Origin: Batkoa obscura
Lineage: Eukaryota
DNA length: 64,000 nt
NCBI GenBank assembly: GCA_030770535.1
Contig: JASVEC010000002.1
Location: forward strand, 1,736,001 to 1,800,000
Direction of reading: 5' to 3'
Both the position numbers and the translations under genes were made by a program. Below the pieces are notes generated by a model, which made no database searches, was not told where the DNA came from, and saw only the letters and a list, made by a program, of their open reading frames with translations. Positions 36,544 to 47,614 of this stretch are shown piece by piece; the first letter of the stretch is position 1; every line of letters begins with the position of its first letter.

Positions 36544-38402
36544 CAACCCCATATAATGTATTTTTTAGTCCATTAAGAAAAGTTCCAGGTCCGTTAATAA
36601 ACTTGATTTTTCCAATGGCTTACAGGGGATATACCTTCGCTGGTACTTATCATTTATATTCAAAAATATTGCACGAGAAATATGGGAAAGTTGTTCGAAT
36701 AAGTAAATATAATATTTTGTCAATAATTTAAAGTGTAAAATTTTATCAGGCTGGAATCGTATATCAATATCATCCGATGAAGCAGCAAAAGAAGTTTATT
36801 CAACTTATTCTTTTGAAAAATCGGTCTTTTATAATGGCTTTCAAATTGCTGGCGAAACGATACTTAGTACTAGGTAAATAAACTTTAACATTAGACTGCT
36901 AATTACTAAACTGAAATCAAATAGAAAGAAGGAATTTCATCGCGAAAGAGTAAATATTTATATATGAATATCAACCAATTATTAAACATAAACTAGAAAA
37001 AGATACTTTCGTCAAGTTTCTCAGATAAATCGATCTTAGAAGTTGAGTATTTAGTTAAGGAAAACGTCAATAGTTTAGTTACAAAGGTTGGAGATATAAG
37101 CTCAAATAATGAAGATTTTGATCTGAGCCTTTATTTTCACTATTTTTCATTTGTGAGATTGCTAAATTTTATTTAATTTATGTTATTAAATGATCATTAG
37201 GATGTTATTGGTGATTTGGCATTTGGAAAGTCCTTTGATACATTGAAAAATGGGCATCATCCTGTTATTGATTGGATTAAGAACTATTTCTTTTTATCTC
37301 TTATGGTAACGTCAATTGTATTGTTTATATTTCTAATATTAAGTATTACTTTAAGGTTGGAATATTCCCATTTTTAAAACACTATAAATTTAATAGTATA
37401 ACTCAACTTTACAAAGTAATTGTTATCAATAAATAACGATAACAGTACTAATTGTATTTTTTTAGTTTTCATATGAAGCTATTGAGAATTCAAAAAGAAA
37501 TTCAAATAGGAATTCTATATTAAACACTCTAATCAATGCATCCGATCCAGATACAGGAAAAAAGCTTAGCGAAAAAGAGATAGTAGAAGAATCAATACTT
37601 CAATTGTAAAAACAATACTCATAAATTATTATCAATACTAATTTAATAAAATAGAATTGCAGGGTCCGATACGACATCAAATTCATTAACATGGTACCAC
37701 TCATAGTCACCAATAGTTCAATAATATTAAATTACTTTTAGGGTTTTCTATCTTTTATCAAAACATCCACAGATTTACATGAAGTTAAAAAATGAACTAA
37801 AAGGCCAATTTGAAAATTTGAATCAAATTAACTTTATTAAATGTAAAGAAGAATGTGATTATCTTCGTGCTGTGATTTATGAAGGTTTAAGAATGTTTCC
37901 TGTTGTACCTGGTGGTTTACCCAGAGTTGTTCCAATAGGTGGTAAAGTCATTGAAGGCTATTTTATCCCTGAAAAAGTATTTCTCTAAAATTCACAGTTA
38001 TGTAATAATTAACACTATTTTTGATATAGACTATTACCACAATAGATATAAATTATATTCAAAACGATCCTAAGTACTGGAAAGAACCTAGTGTGTTTAA
38101 ACCAGAGCGATGGATTGATCAAAATGGTAAATTTCAAAGCCATAAAAACTTTATGCCCTTTTTAATTGGCCCAAGAGCATGTTTAGGTAGAAAGTAATAT
38201 TATTATCATGTAGTTAATATATAGTACTGATATTGATATTTTATATTATAGTTTAGCTTGGATGGAACTTTATTTAGCCACTGCTTCATTAGTCTACAGT
38301 TTTAGGTTCAAGTTGAAAGATGAAAAAAATATGGGATCCAGGTCATATCTTGTCAATACACCAGAGAAGGCGATCTATGTTTATGTATTTAAAAATGAGT
38401 GA
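36544..38402 (+). CDS. Cytochrome P450, multi-exon; 5' end unresolved or damaged
   Basis: YNVFFSPLRKVPGP, LHEKYGKVVRI, FSFDVIGDLAFGKSF, I-helix AGSDTT, EGLR (ExxR), FKPERW and the heme motif PFLIGPRACLGRNLAWMEL. Stop at 38400-38402. Confidence 0.9.
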
Positions 38403-38553
38403 ATAAGGTTGTTTTGGTAAATAAATTGCTTTTTGCTTGTTTACATACATTATTAAATATCATATCAGTGATCTATGTAGCTTACTACCGTAAAATCTGC
38501 CCAAAATAAAGAATTTGATTATAAAAAAGTTGATAAAGTTAAACTAAATGCTA

Positions 38554-38691
38554 CTACAAAAGTAAATCAAACGCAGTTTGGGCATTTTTGATTCTACATT
38601 ATCTAAATCTGACTATGAAGAATTATTCTACTTTTCCATTAAGCAAATATAAAAATAAAAATGCCTAAGCTACATTTAATTTATTTTGTAG
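38554..38691. repeat. Imperfect inverted repeat (~45-bp arms), possible old foldback element
   Basis: CTACAAAAGTAAATCAAACGCAGTTTGGGCATTTTT versus the reverse complement of the right arm, CTACAAAATAAATTAAATGTAGCTTAGGCATTTTT. Confidence 0.55.
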
Positions 38692-39095
38692 CAAAATCTT
38701 ATAAATACATGCTTTTAATTTCAAAGAAGCATTCACTTGAAATGTGATAGAGTATGAATTGGGGAGTAGAGTTTGATATTTTATCAACAATTAATTTAAG
38801 ATTGAATTGGAATTAAAAGGTAATTTTAGAAAACTACTGCTATTGTATATTAGATTTGTATGTTGTATAAAGATTTTAACTCACATTAAATTTGTGTACT
38901 ACTGGTATAACACAAACGTGGATTAGGTATTTTCAATAATATATTCTCGAAATTTAACTGTTACTGCATTTCCTATTTTAGCTTTGTAAACCTGAAGTTA
39001 AAATATTCAATCCATATTTAGTTTAGAACAGTAATACAAAAGCCAGCTTAGTTTATTCTAGAAAGCTAAGCACAATGATTTGATTATTCCAAGAC

Positions 39096-39215
39096 ATCAG
39101 CAAATTAACTAAAGTAAACTAACCCATGAGATTAATCAAAAACCCACAATTTGATTATTTTAAAAGTTCAATCGGGCAATAAAATCGCAGCCACTCTCAT
39201 TGATTGATCTTTACA
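39096..39215 (+). promoter_or_regulatory. Putative U2 snRNA promoter blocks (ATCAGCAAAT at about -120, CCCACAA at about -73, conserved -25..-1 block)
   Basis: The same blocks sit at nearly the same distances upstream of U2 copy 1 (28823-28832, 28782-28788, 28715-28739), while the sequence between them differs. Confidence 0.5.
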
Positions 39216-39403
39216 ATCCTCTCAAGCCTTTTGGCTAAGATCAAGTGTAGTATCTGTTCTTTTCAGTTTAATAACTGAAATTAAGTCTACGGACTTAAAT
39301 GTTATTAACTCAATCTTTGGTTTTCGGAGAAAGCATTGGGCTTGCTCAATGCCTCTCCACAGGTTTCCCTTGTATTGCACTACCGCAGGGTGAAGCCGAA
39401 CTC
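39216..39403 (+). ncRNA. U2: U2 spliceosomal snRNA, copy 2 (identical to copy 1)
   Basis: ATCCTCTCAAGCCTTTTGGCTAAGATCAAGTGTAGTATCTGTTCTTTTCAGTTTAATAACTGAAA...TATTGCACTACC. Confidence 0.97.
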
Positions 39404-40011
39404 TCATAAAATAACACAATTAGATTCCTAAAAAACTTAATTCTCTAGAAACTATTTTTGACTTACTCATTTTCATCTTTGAATAGAGTAATCAAATCAA
39501 GGCTAGATAGATTTGATTTAAAAATAAGATATTTTGGTATACTAATAGTTCAATTTGGATTCTAATATCGGATAATATTAACCCACTCTTGTTATTTCAA
39601 TGTTTAATATTTTAAATTTTAAAAACACTATTGGTGAAGCTACTTAAGGAACCCTATGTCATTCAGTTTACAATTTTCCTTATTTTCATTAATAAAGCAA
39701 GCAGTTGGGAGCGAAGCTCCTTCCTTCAATAATTAAAATCTACTTGAAGACATAAAAAATACTTTTTATTGAAATACATTTTGACAATAATTTAAATAAA
39801 AATGATGTTGAAATAACTTGATGTATAATTGATTAGTTACATATGCTTTATTCAGCTAAAGAGCTGTTTTTTTACTAAAGGTAATGATTGTTAAACGAAA
39901 TAAATTAAAACCTTTGAATGTACATGTAATTCAATAATAAAAAATATAGCAAAATTATTTAATAAATGTAAACATCATAAAGTATAAACGCAGAGTAAAT
40001 GTGTATTTTAG

Positions 40012-40152
40012 CTAGAAACCATGACGGGGGCGATGGACTATCTTAGGTGAAGAGTCCTCATTATCAAGGTCAGAGTATTGGCTAAAATCTTGAGGTAAAG
40101 CAAGAGATACGCTAATGTAAGGGATAAGGATAGCTAAGAAGTATAAGTTCAT
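40012..40152 (-). CDS. Small secreted peptide precursor B (46 aa)
   Basis: MNLYFLAILIPYISVSLALPQDFSQYSDLDNEDSSPKIVHRPRHGF; TATAAAA upstream; paralog of 27883..28038. Confidence 0.75.
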   Translation of the reverse strand: MNLYFLAILIPYISVSLALPQDFSQYSDLDNEDSSPKIVHRPRHGF

Positions 40153-40814
40153 TTTTATTTTTGAAACACTGTTGATACGAAATTTCTTTCTTTTATACCT
40201 ATTGTACAACATTGAACTAGCTTAAGCAACAATGGTTAAATAAGGGATATATTTTTTATAGACTTTAAGGATATAGTTGGGTATTTTTGATCCTATTAAT
40301 CTTTACTTTTTTCCCTTAAACTAAGGTTTATCATTACCAGTGTTAAAAATATCCTATTAATTACATCAAATTCTATTTGTCTATGGAACCAAAATAGTTT
40401 CTTATCCCTTAAATGGTAAATAAGCATTACTATATTTTAATATGAAATGAGTTACTGAATGCTTTCTAATAAGAAAGCCACTCCTTACTAAGAACCTTCC
40501 TAAAACTTATATAGATATCCCTACCTAACCTACTCCTTCCACCTTAATCTTCATCCCTTAACTCACTTTGGATTTTTTCTATAAATAAAAAGGCTTGGGA
40601 ACCGATTGGGGCTCCTTCAAGATTTTTAAAAAGCTTTGTTTATAACGTGGGATAATTCGGATGCAAACTCAATTTTATTCCGGTCTGAATGACTTGTTGT
40701 TTAAGTATTGTAATGAGTTTTATTAAATACAATTATTAATAAAGTACTGAGATATAAAACATTATCATGTGGTTTATCTAAATTATAAAAAAAGAGCCTC
40801 TATCAAGTGTTTAT

Positions 40815-40913
40815 GGGAGTGTTTTTTTTGACTTCATTATTTTTTCCATTTTTTAAGCGCTATTTAAGTGGAAAATTTGTTAGTAAAATTCTTAAACATA
40901 AAAATACATCCCC
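40815..40913 (+). mobile_element. MITE family A copy
   Basis: Consensus match; TTAT target duplication. Confidence 0.88.
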
Positions 40914-40921
40914 TTATCTTA

Positions 40922-41011
40922 ATTTATTTTTTGTTTAAGAATTTTGCTAGCAATTATTCTACTCAAGTAGCACTCGAAAAATGAAAAAAGTAATGAATCA
41001 AAACATTCCCC
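40922..41011 (-). mobile_element. MITE family A copy, one end eroded
   Basis: Reverse consensus match directly after the previous copy. Confidence 0.7.
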
Positions 41012-41185
41012 ATGTGTATGGTTATAAAAAAGGTATAAGCAAGGCTTCCCTTCTATTGTTTTGAATTTTATTTATAAACTTTGAGACTTTGAAATTAAAC
41101 TATAATCCTATCGGCCAAGATATTTATTTTATTAAAATATAAAGTAACTTTTCCACAATAATTTTAAATATATATCTGAATATAT

Positions 41186-41281
41186 GGGGATGTATTTTTG
41201 TGTTTAAGAATTTTACTAATAATTTTCTCACTCAAATAGTGCTTAAAAGATGAAAAAATAACGAACTTGAAAACATCACCC
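41186..41281 (-). mobile_element. MITE family A copy
   Basis: Reverse consensus match; ATAT target duplication. Confidence 0.85.
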
Positions 41282-41440
41282 ATATGCTACTGTTATTTTA
41301 TACTTTTTTAAGTATTGTGCTTATTTTAGTTAGTTTTTTAATTTGTATTTTTCGAAAAAAAACCACAGTGACGTCATCTATTTTTCGATTTTATAGCCTG
41401 GATAAGTTGACGTGTTTTCAATTTCTAATAAATTATCAAA

Positions 41441-42928
41441 ATGAGAAATATAAACAACTTAGTAAGCCGTCAACTTCAATTAGTCACTAGAAGGAATATA
41501 GTTACTTCAGTAAATCAACGTATAAGAAGAGCGTTATTTTATGGTAACTCAAGTTTGAGAAATAGAATTAATTAACATTTCAAAAGTTCCAGGTAGTGAC
41601 CCAAGAAAGTTAACTAGCAGTATGAAATTAACAGCTGATTGTTTAACTTATGATCTTGAAGACTCGGTACCATTTCAGTCAAAAGACTTAGCTAGGAACC
41701 AAGTTTTGGCTACTTTAAACGTAAGTTACTTTTATTTGCTTTGTAAAATTTTATTAAAGTTCTTGAAAGGAATCAACAAATACTATTAGTGAAAGAGCAG
41801 TTCGTATCAACCATGTTGGCTCTGGTAATAATATAATGTTTTTTATCGAAGTATATTACTTAATGTATTAGGCTTTGAGCATGATGATCTTGACATAATA
41901 GTAAATACAAAACATTGTTCTAGATTCAATATATTAATTAGCTAGTTAAAAAGTGAGAATTTACAGGCTATTGTCATACCTAAAGTTCAAAGTAGTCATG
42001 ATATAAGCTTTGTTTCACACATGATTGATTTAAAGAAAAACCCTAAAAAGTAGAACTATTTAATATAAAGTCAATATCTATTAATATTTCAAAGTAAAAA
42101 TGAGATTGCTATTATTGCATCTATTGAGAGCGCATTGGCGATAATGAATTTACAAGAGATTGCTAAAAGCGATAAAAAATTGGGTGGATTGATTGTAAGT
42201 AACTTTATTTTAAAAGCGGCCGTTAACTTGTTCTAGTTTGCTGCTGAAGACTTCTGTGCGGATTTAGGTATACTGTTGAAACTTTCAAAAGTATTTGTTA
42301 ATTTTAAAAAGGATTGAAACGTACTAGTGATAGAAAAGAGATGCTGTATGCTAGAAGTGCTATGGTTACCACAGCAAAAGCTTATCAATTACAAGCCATT
42401 GATTTGGTAATAACAGCGAGGCTATAAAATTAAATTATTAATAAATATAGGTATGTTTAGAGTTCAAAGATAGTGAAATATTAAAGCAGGAGTGCGAAGA
42501 AGGGTATCAAATGGGATTTACTGGGAAGGTACACTATTCTAAAACAACTATATTTATTTTATGTCTTTTGTAGCAAGCTATCCACCCAAACCAAGTTTCA
42601 CTGATTCAATCTAAGTTTATCCCAGATGACAAAGGTATTTAATTTAAACGCACTAGCTAGACTTTTATTCACTTTTATTCACTTTATTAGAGATTGAAAA
42701 GGCAACAAAGATATTAGAAGGTAAGAAACTAGTCGATTCAGTAAGATTAAATTAAAATACTAGGTTATGAAAAACATAGTCTAAAAGGATTCGGGGCATT
42801 CGAATTAGATGGTCAAGTGTAATACTATTTAAAATTACTATACTGTGAATTTTAATGTTTATTTAAATAGTATCGATCTTCCAGTAGTAAAATGGGCTGA
42901 AAGAGTTTTAGCTAGAGTACCTAAATAA
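41441..42928 (+). CDS. Citrate lyase beta-like protein (CitE/CLYBL, HpcH/HpaI family), about 13 exons
   Basis: Spliced by hand: RRALFYVPGSDPRKL..ADCLTYDLEDSV, ERAVRIN, AIVIPKV, IASIESA, FAAEDFCADLG, AKAYQLQAIDLVC, MGFTGKQAIHPNQV, AFELDGQVIDLPVVKWAERVL. The N-terminus resembles a mitochondrial presequence. Confidence 0.92.
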
Positions 42929-42976
42929 AGCACCCAATCGTTATGTTACCGCTTCAATTTTACATTTCATTAATAA

Positions 42977-43770
42977 CTATAAACAGTCTAAAACATATGT
43001 AGCATGCTCTTTCTCTAAATCTTCTAAAAAAGTATCCATTTCAACATCTGGGAATGCATCTAATAAATCATCAAACTCTTTTTCATTATTTTCTGAATCA
43101 TATTTTTGAGTCCAATTCTCTTCTTTGTACCATTTATTCTAAAAAAATTAGTTATGGTATTTAACTTAATAAATATATTTACTCTTTCCCTATCTTCTTC
43201 AATTTTCTTCCATATGTCCTCTTTAGGGATATTTAAAACTTTAGTTTCTCTAATATATAATAAGTAAATAATCACAATATTAAAATAAAATTACCTGAAA
43301 TTTCTACAGTTAATTTTTTGCTCCATCTCATCAATAATTTTATCACTAAATGCATTTTTACTCCTTAAAAGCTTAACAGTCTAAAAATAAACATCGTTCA
43401 TAAATAACTATTATTAAGCTACCTTTTTAACATTTGATAAATTAATTAAACCTAAAGGATCGCAAGGCAATAAACCGTCTAATATCGAGTCGAAATTCTT
43501 ATAAAACAATTTACGAAAATTTGCACTAAATTGCAGTGTTAACAGTTTAGAATCTTTCTCATCAATACAACAGCACTCTAACAAGTAAAAATAATTGATT
43601 CTGTTTAAAAATGGTTGACTGTGAATCCTTTCTAAAATGCAGTGAAATAGATCTAGCGAGTTAGATGAATATTTGATACAATATTGTTTTAATCCTTTTA
43701 AAACGCTCTGTTTAACTCCTAAATTTACTAGCTTCGTTTGGAACTCTTGTCTTATTGTGAAACCACTCAT
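42977..43770 (-). CDS. CTK3: CTD kinase I gamma subunit (Ctk3-like), multi-exon
   Basis: MSGFTIRQEF..DLFHCILERI..NRINYFYLLE N-terminal domain and C-terminal IWKKIEEDRERNKWYKEENW..EFDDL. Confidence 0.8.
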
Positions 43771-44554
43771 TTTTATAATAGTCGGTTTTTTGTATTGATC
43801 TTTATCAAAATCGTTGATAAAAATTAAGTTTGATATAAAATTTAGTTAGAAAGATATTGTTAAGTCACAAATTGCAAAAAGCTCAAAATGTATGCATAAG
43901 TTCTTAAATTCATGAACAATTTAGATTGTTTTTTAACAAATAAAATATTTGGATTCTAATTAGAGACTAAACTATATTGACTATATTTCATTAGTAGAAT
44001 TTCAATTTTAAATATTAGCATACAAAAATGAATAATTATAGTGCCATAATAATAGTTTTATTATGTAATGAAATGTTTTATTTTTTTTTTGATGTTATAA
44101 ATTATTAAATTAAAAAGTGATAATTTAATTCTAAAATCAGACAAAATTGTCCATTGTTTGATTTACCAAAATACAAACAAGCTGTTTAAAGTTACATTTT
44201 AAAAAAAGTTGATCCTTTATAATTAAATCTCAAATAATTTTTAATGAATCAAAACTTATCTTTATTATATCATTTGAATATATAATATATATAGTAATAT
44301 ACAGAATTCAATATGATTGCCTGAAGATAACATAAAACGAGGCAAAGTTGTCAATTAAACAACTTTAATTTAACTATCTACCTTATTTTACTTTGTTAAA
44401 TATGGGTGATCTTAGTTAGTACAATATTTGAAAGTAAGTATAAATAAACTCTGAAATCTCCTGAATAATATTTAAAAAAACTTCAACTGAATATTAAATA
44501 TTGAATATTAGATATTATATAATCATACATAAGCTGTGCTTTTTAAAAATAAGA

Positions 44555-45091
44555 ATGACTTTAATTACTCGTATTGCTGGTTTTATTACCTTCTTAGCCC
44601 TCCCTCAAATCTTAGGTTATGGTTCTGGTTCTCATGTACGTAAGTATGCTAAAACTTATTATCCAGAATTAAAGAAGCCAATTTGGGCTCCACCAAGAGC
44701 TCTTATTGGTACCATTTGGACACTTATGTATTTATTCCAAGGAATAGCTAGTTATTTAGTATGGCGTCAAAAGATTCTCAATAATACTAGTGTTAAAGTT
44801 CAACTGGTTTTATATTGTATTCAATTATTCTTCAATGTTAACTTTTGCCCACTTTTTTTTAGAGTTAAATCTCCTTTATTAGCTTTAGTTGATCATCTGT
44901 TTACTTTGATATTTGCTGTGCTCGCTACTCTTACTTTCCTTCCAGTGAGTTCCACTGCTACCATTATTATGTTACCATATATTGCCTATTTAGTTGTTTC
45001 TGGCTATCTCTGCAAGAGAGTATGGAGACTTAATCAAGGGCGTACTATAAATGCTGCTGTACAACCTGCTCTCGTGGCTGTTGAACAATGA
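44555..45091 (+). CDS. TspO/MBR family membrane protein
   Basis: YYPELKKPIWAPP..IWTLMY..GIASYLVW..LYCIQLFFN...PLFF..LALVD..LPYIAY; first ATG at 44555. Confidence 0.92.
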   Translation: MTLITRIAGFITFLALPQILGYGSGSHVRKYAKTYYPELKKPIWAPPRALIGTIWTLMYLFQGIASYLVWRQKILNNTSVKVQLVLYCIQLFFNVNFCPLFFRVKSPLLALVDHLFTLIFAVLATLTFLPVSSTATIIMLPYIAYLVVSGYLCKRVWRLNQGRTINAAVQPALVAVEQ

Positions 45092-45442
45092 TGGTTCATT
45101 AACATTCTCAATTTTGGAATATTTATAAATGTAAATTTGTGAATACAAACTTTTATAGTGAAATAGAATATCTCTTTATCACTAAATTATAAATAAATTC
45201 TTAACTTAAAGTTATTATTTTCAATTATAGGATAAAAACATATCTATAAATTATAAAATCTGAGTAAGAATAAAATACTGTAATATCAACTTTACTACTT
45301 AATAAAACAGTTAGTGTTGCAGTACTCTACTCTGCCTTAGCGTTTAATAAATAGCTGCTTTTTTGATGAATTGAATTTATTATAAAAGCTTAAATTAATA
45401 CAAAACGTCAATCCATTTTACTATTTTTTATTTTCAATACGA

Positions 45443-47497
45443 ATGAAAAAAGTACCCAACAGTAGTAAAAAAGAAATTAAAAACATAATGTTATAGGATG
45501 TTATAGTGTTAAGCGACGATGATAATACGGTAAAAGAAACTCAATCTATCTATGAACCTAGTTATTTGGATGAGAAGTTTTTAATGACATATTTAAGATA
45601 TCATGAAGTTAAGATCAAAGACTTAATAAGCAAAGCAAAAAAATAATAATGGTAAAAACAATAAAATATAAAAGGAATAAAACCGTTTTTAAAAGGGATA
45701 GTTTCCAAGTTACGCTATGCTATATATATAGGATATTAAATAAGCTACCCAATAATTATAAAAAAATATTTGTTGTACATGAGCAAGGCTCAAATATAAT
45801 TAGGGTTAATGAAAATTTGAATTACAATCTAATGATTTAGGGTAAAACTGTCAATGCAGACGAAAACATCTTATTAGTTGCTCTCAGAATATATTATGGG
45901 TATATACATGTTAGGCCTATGTTGTTTTATCCTACTTTTTAAGAGCTGCTATAGGATCCGCTAACTTGGTATTTGATTTAGTTATTTAATATTAACAGTT
46001 CATGATAGTTAAGGTTGATTTTGATTGGGAACTATTAGGAAATGTAAGCTTGTTTCATACTAAAGTGCCATTATTTTTTAGACTGTTTTTATTCAAAATT
46101 TTCCAAAATCAAATGTGATAGATACTAAAGTAAAAGCTGAAATAAAAGTTGGGACAGATGTTAAAATAAAACCTAAAGTAAATGATGAGTCAAACAGCAA
46201 GGGTTGAGGTATGAAAGATGAGTTAAATAACAATGATTATGAGATTAAAGACGAGACAGATGATAAAGTTTGTAACTTGGGTAGATCTTTCCTTAGAGAC
46301 TTGAAGGCGTTTTTGGATATATTTGGTATCCTGGGAAGCGTTTATAGTACTCTCCATAGGTGTAAGTTTTCTTTAGTCAAAGCAAATTAATTATATTCTA
46401 AAAATAAACCATCTATCCAATAGGTAGCTTTAGCTACCTCTTGTCCATTTCCAAAAAAACCGAGTTAAAGACACAAACCCCTTGTAAACAAGATAGATAA
46501 GTATTTCGATCCAGATTCAATTATTAATGGGGATATGATATATCAGATAATAACTTTAAAAACCATTTTAGTCTAATCACTTATATAAAGACACCCGGTT
46601 TAGGAAATTTAAAAAAATGGTTTATAGAGAAGGGTTTTTAAAACAGCTTTGTCCAAATGCTTATAAAAATGACTTATAATTAATTTTCCATAGTCACGAA
46701 ATAGTAGTCAATTCTACATTGGAAACAAAGGTAATCATTTAAGAGAATTAACGTGAAATGGTTTGTATGAATAGGAAGGCAAAATTATATCCTTTATCTT
46801 AAAAAGTACCAGAAGTCGAAAAAAACTTTTGACAAAAACTTTTATGATTGTATATCATTAAGAGCTGGCTCATTAAACCATTGCAAAGTGAGTTTATACA
46901 ATACATCATACTGTTTATAATTTATGATTATAGACTATCTATGGAACATCAAAACTAAACAAACCAAATAATTCGAACATTGTTAAATCAGAAGATATTG
47001 AATCAAATATGATAAAATAAGGAGAGAATGAATTAAATATAACAAAGTAAAAAAACGAACCAAACTTAACTAAAGAAAAAAAGAATTGAGCATGGCTAAA
47101 ACTGAGGAAAGTAAATTGAATATTAATACAACAAAACTTAAATCAAGCGTTAAAATAGTAACTAGAGAATATAATATAGGTTCATAATTTTACTATGAAA
47201 ATCACGATTTTTCAAAGGCGGTATGGCAAATTTAAAATAGCATAGTTTATGTAAAATTAACATTTATTTAAATGGAGATATATGATCATATGATGATAGT
47301 GAACATGATTACGGTTATGGATATGAAGATAAATATGAAAGACTAATCAATACAAATAACCATGAGTTAGGAGTTGTGGCTTATTATGGTAATAATAAAG
47401 ATAAGTACGTTCCTCCTGTAATAATTTATCTTGATTCTCCTTCTGCTTGTAGACTTCAAACAGAGTCTTGGATTCAAAATTCATTGAATCATTAGCC
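45443..47497 (+). pseudogene. Lineage-specific multi-exon gene relic, paralog 1
   Basis: Coding-like segments (DVIVLSDDD.., LGRSFLRDLKAFLDIFGILG, ELGVVAYYGNNKDKYVPPVIIY..QTESWIQ) broken by stop codons. Collinear in inverted orientation with 58737..60810. Boundaries are approximate. Confidence 0.55.
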
Positions 47498-47614
47498 TTT
47501 TATATTAATGATCTTTATATAATAAAAGTGTCACTTAAATGATAATAATTCAATTTAACAAGTTAGATTTATTAAAATTGTTAGATAAAAGAATAGGAAA
47601 AAGTGGTAGAAGAC

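Noticed and set aside
39707..39721. GGAGCGAAGCTCC hairpin as a Helitron 3' end or terminator
   Set aside because: No CTRR terminus follows, and there is no second copy in the window.
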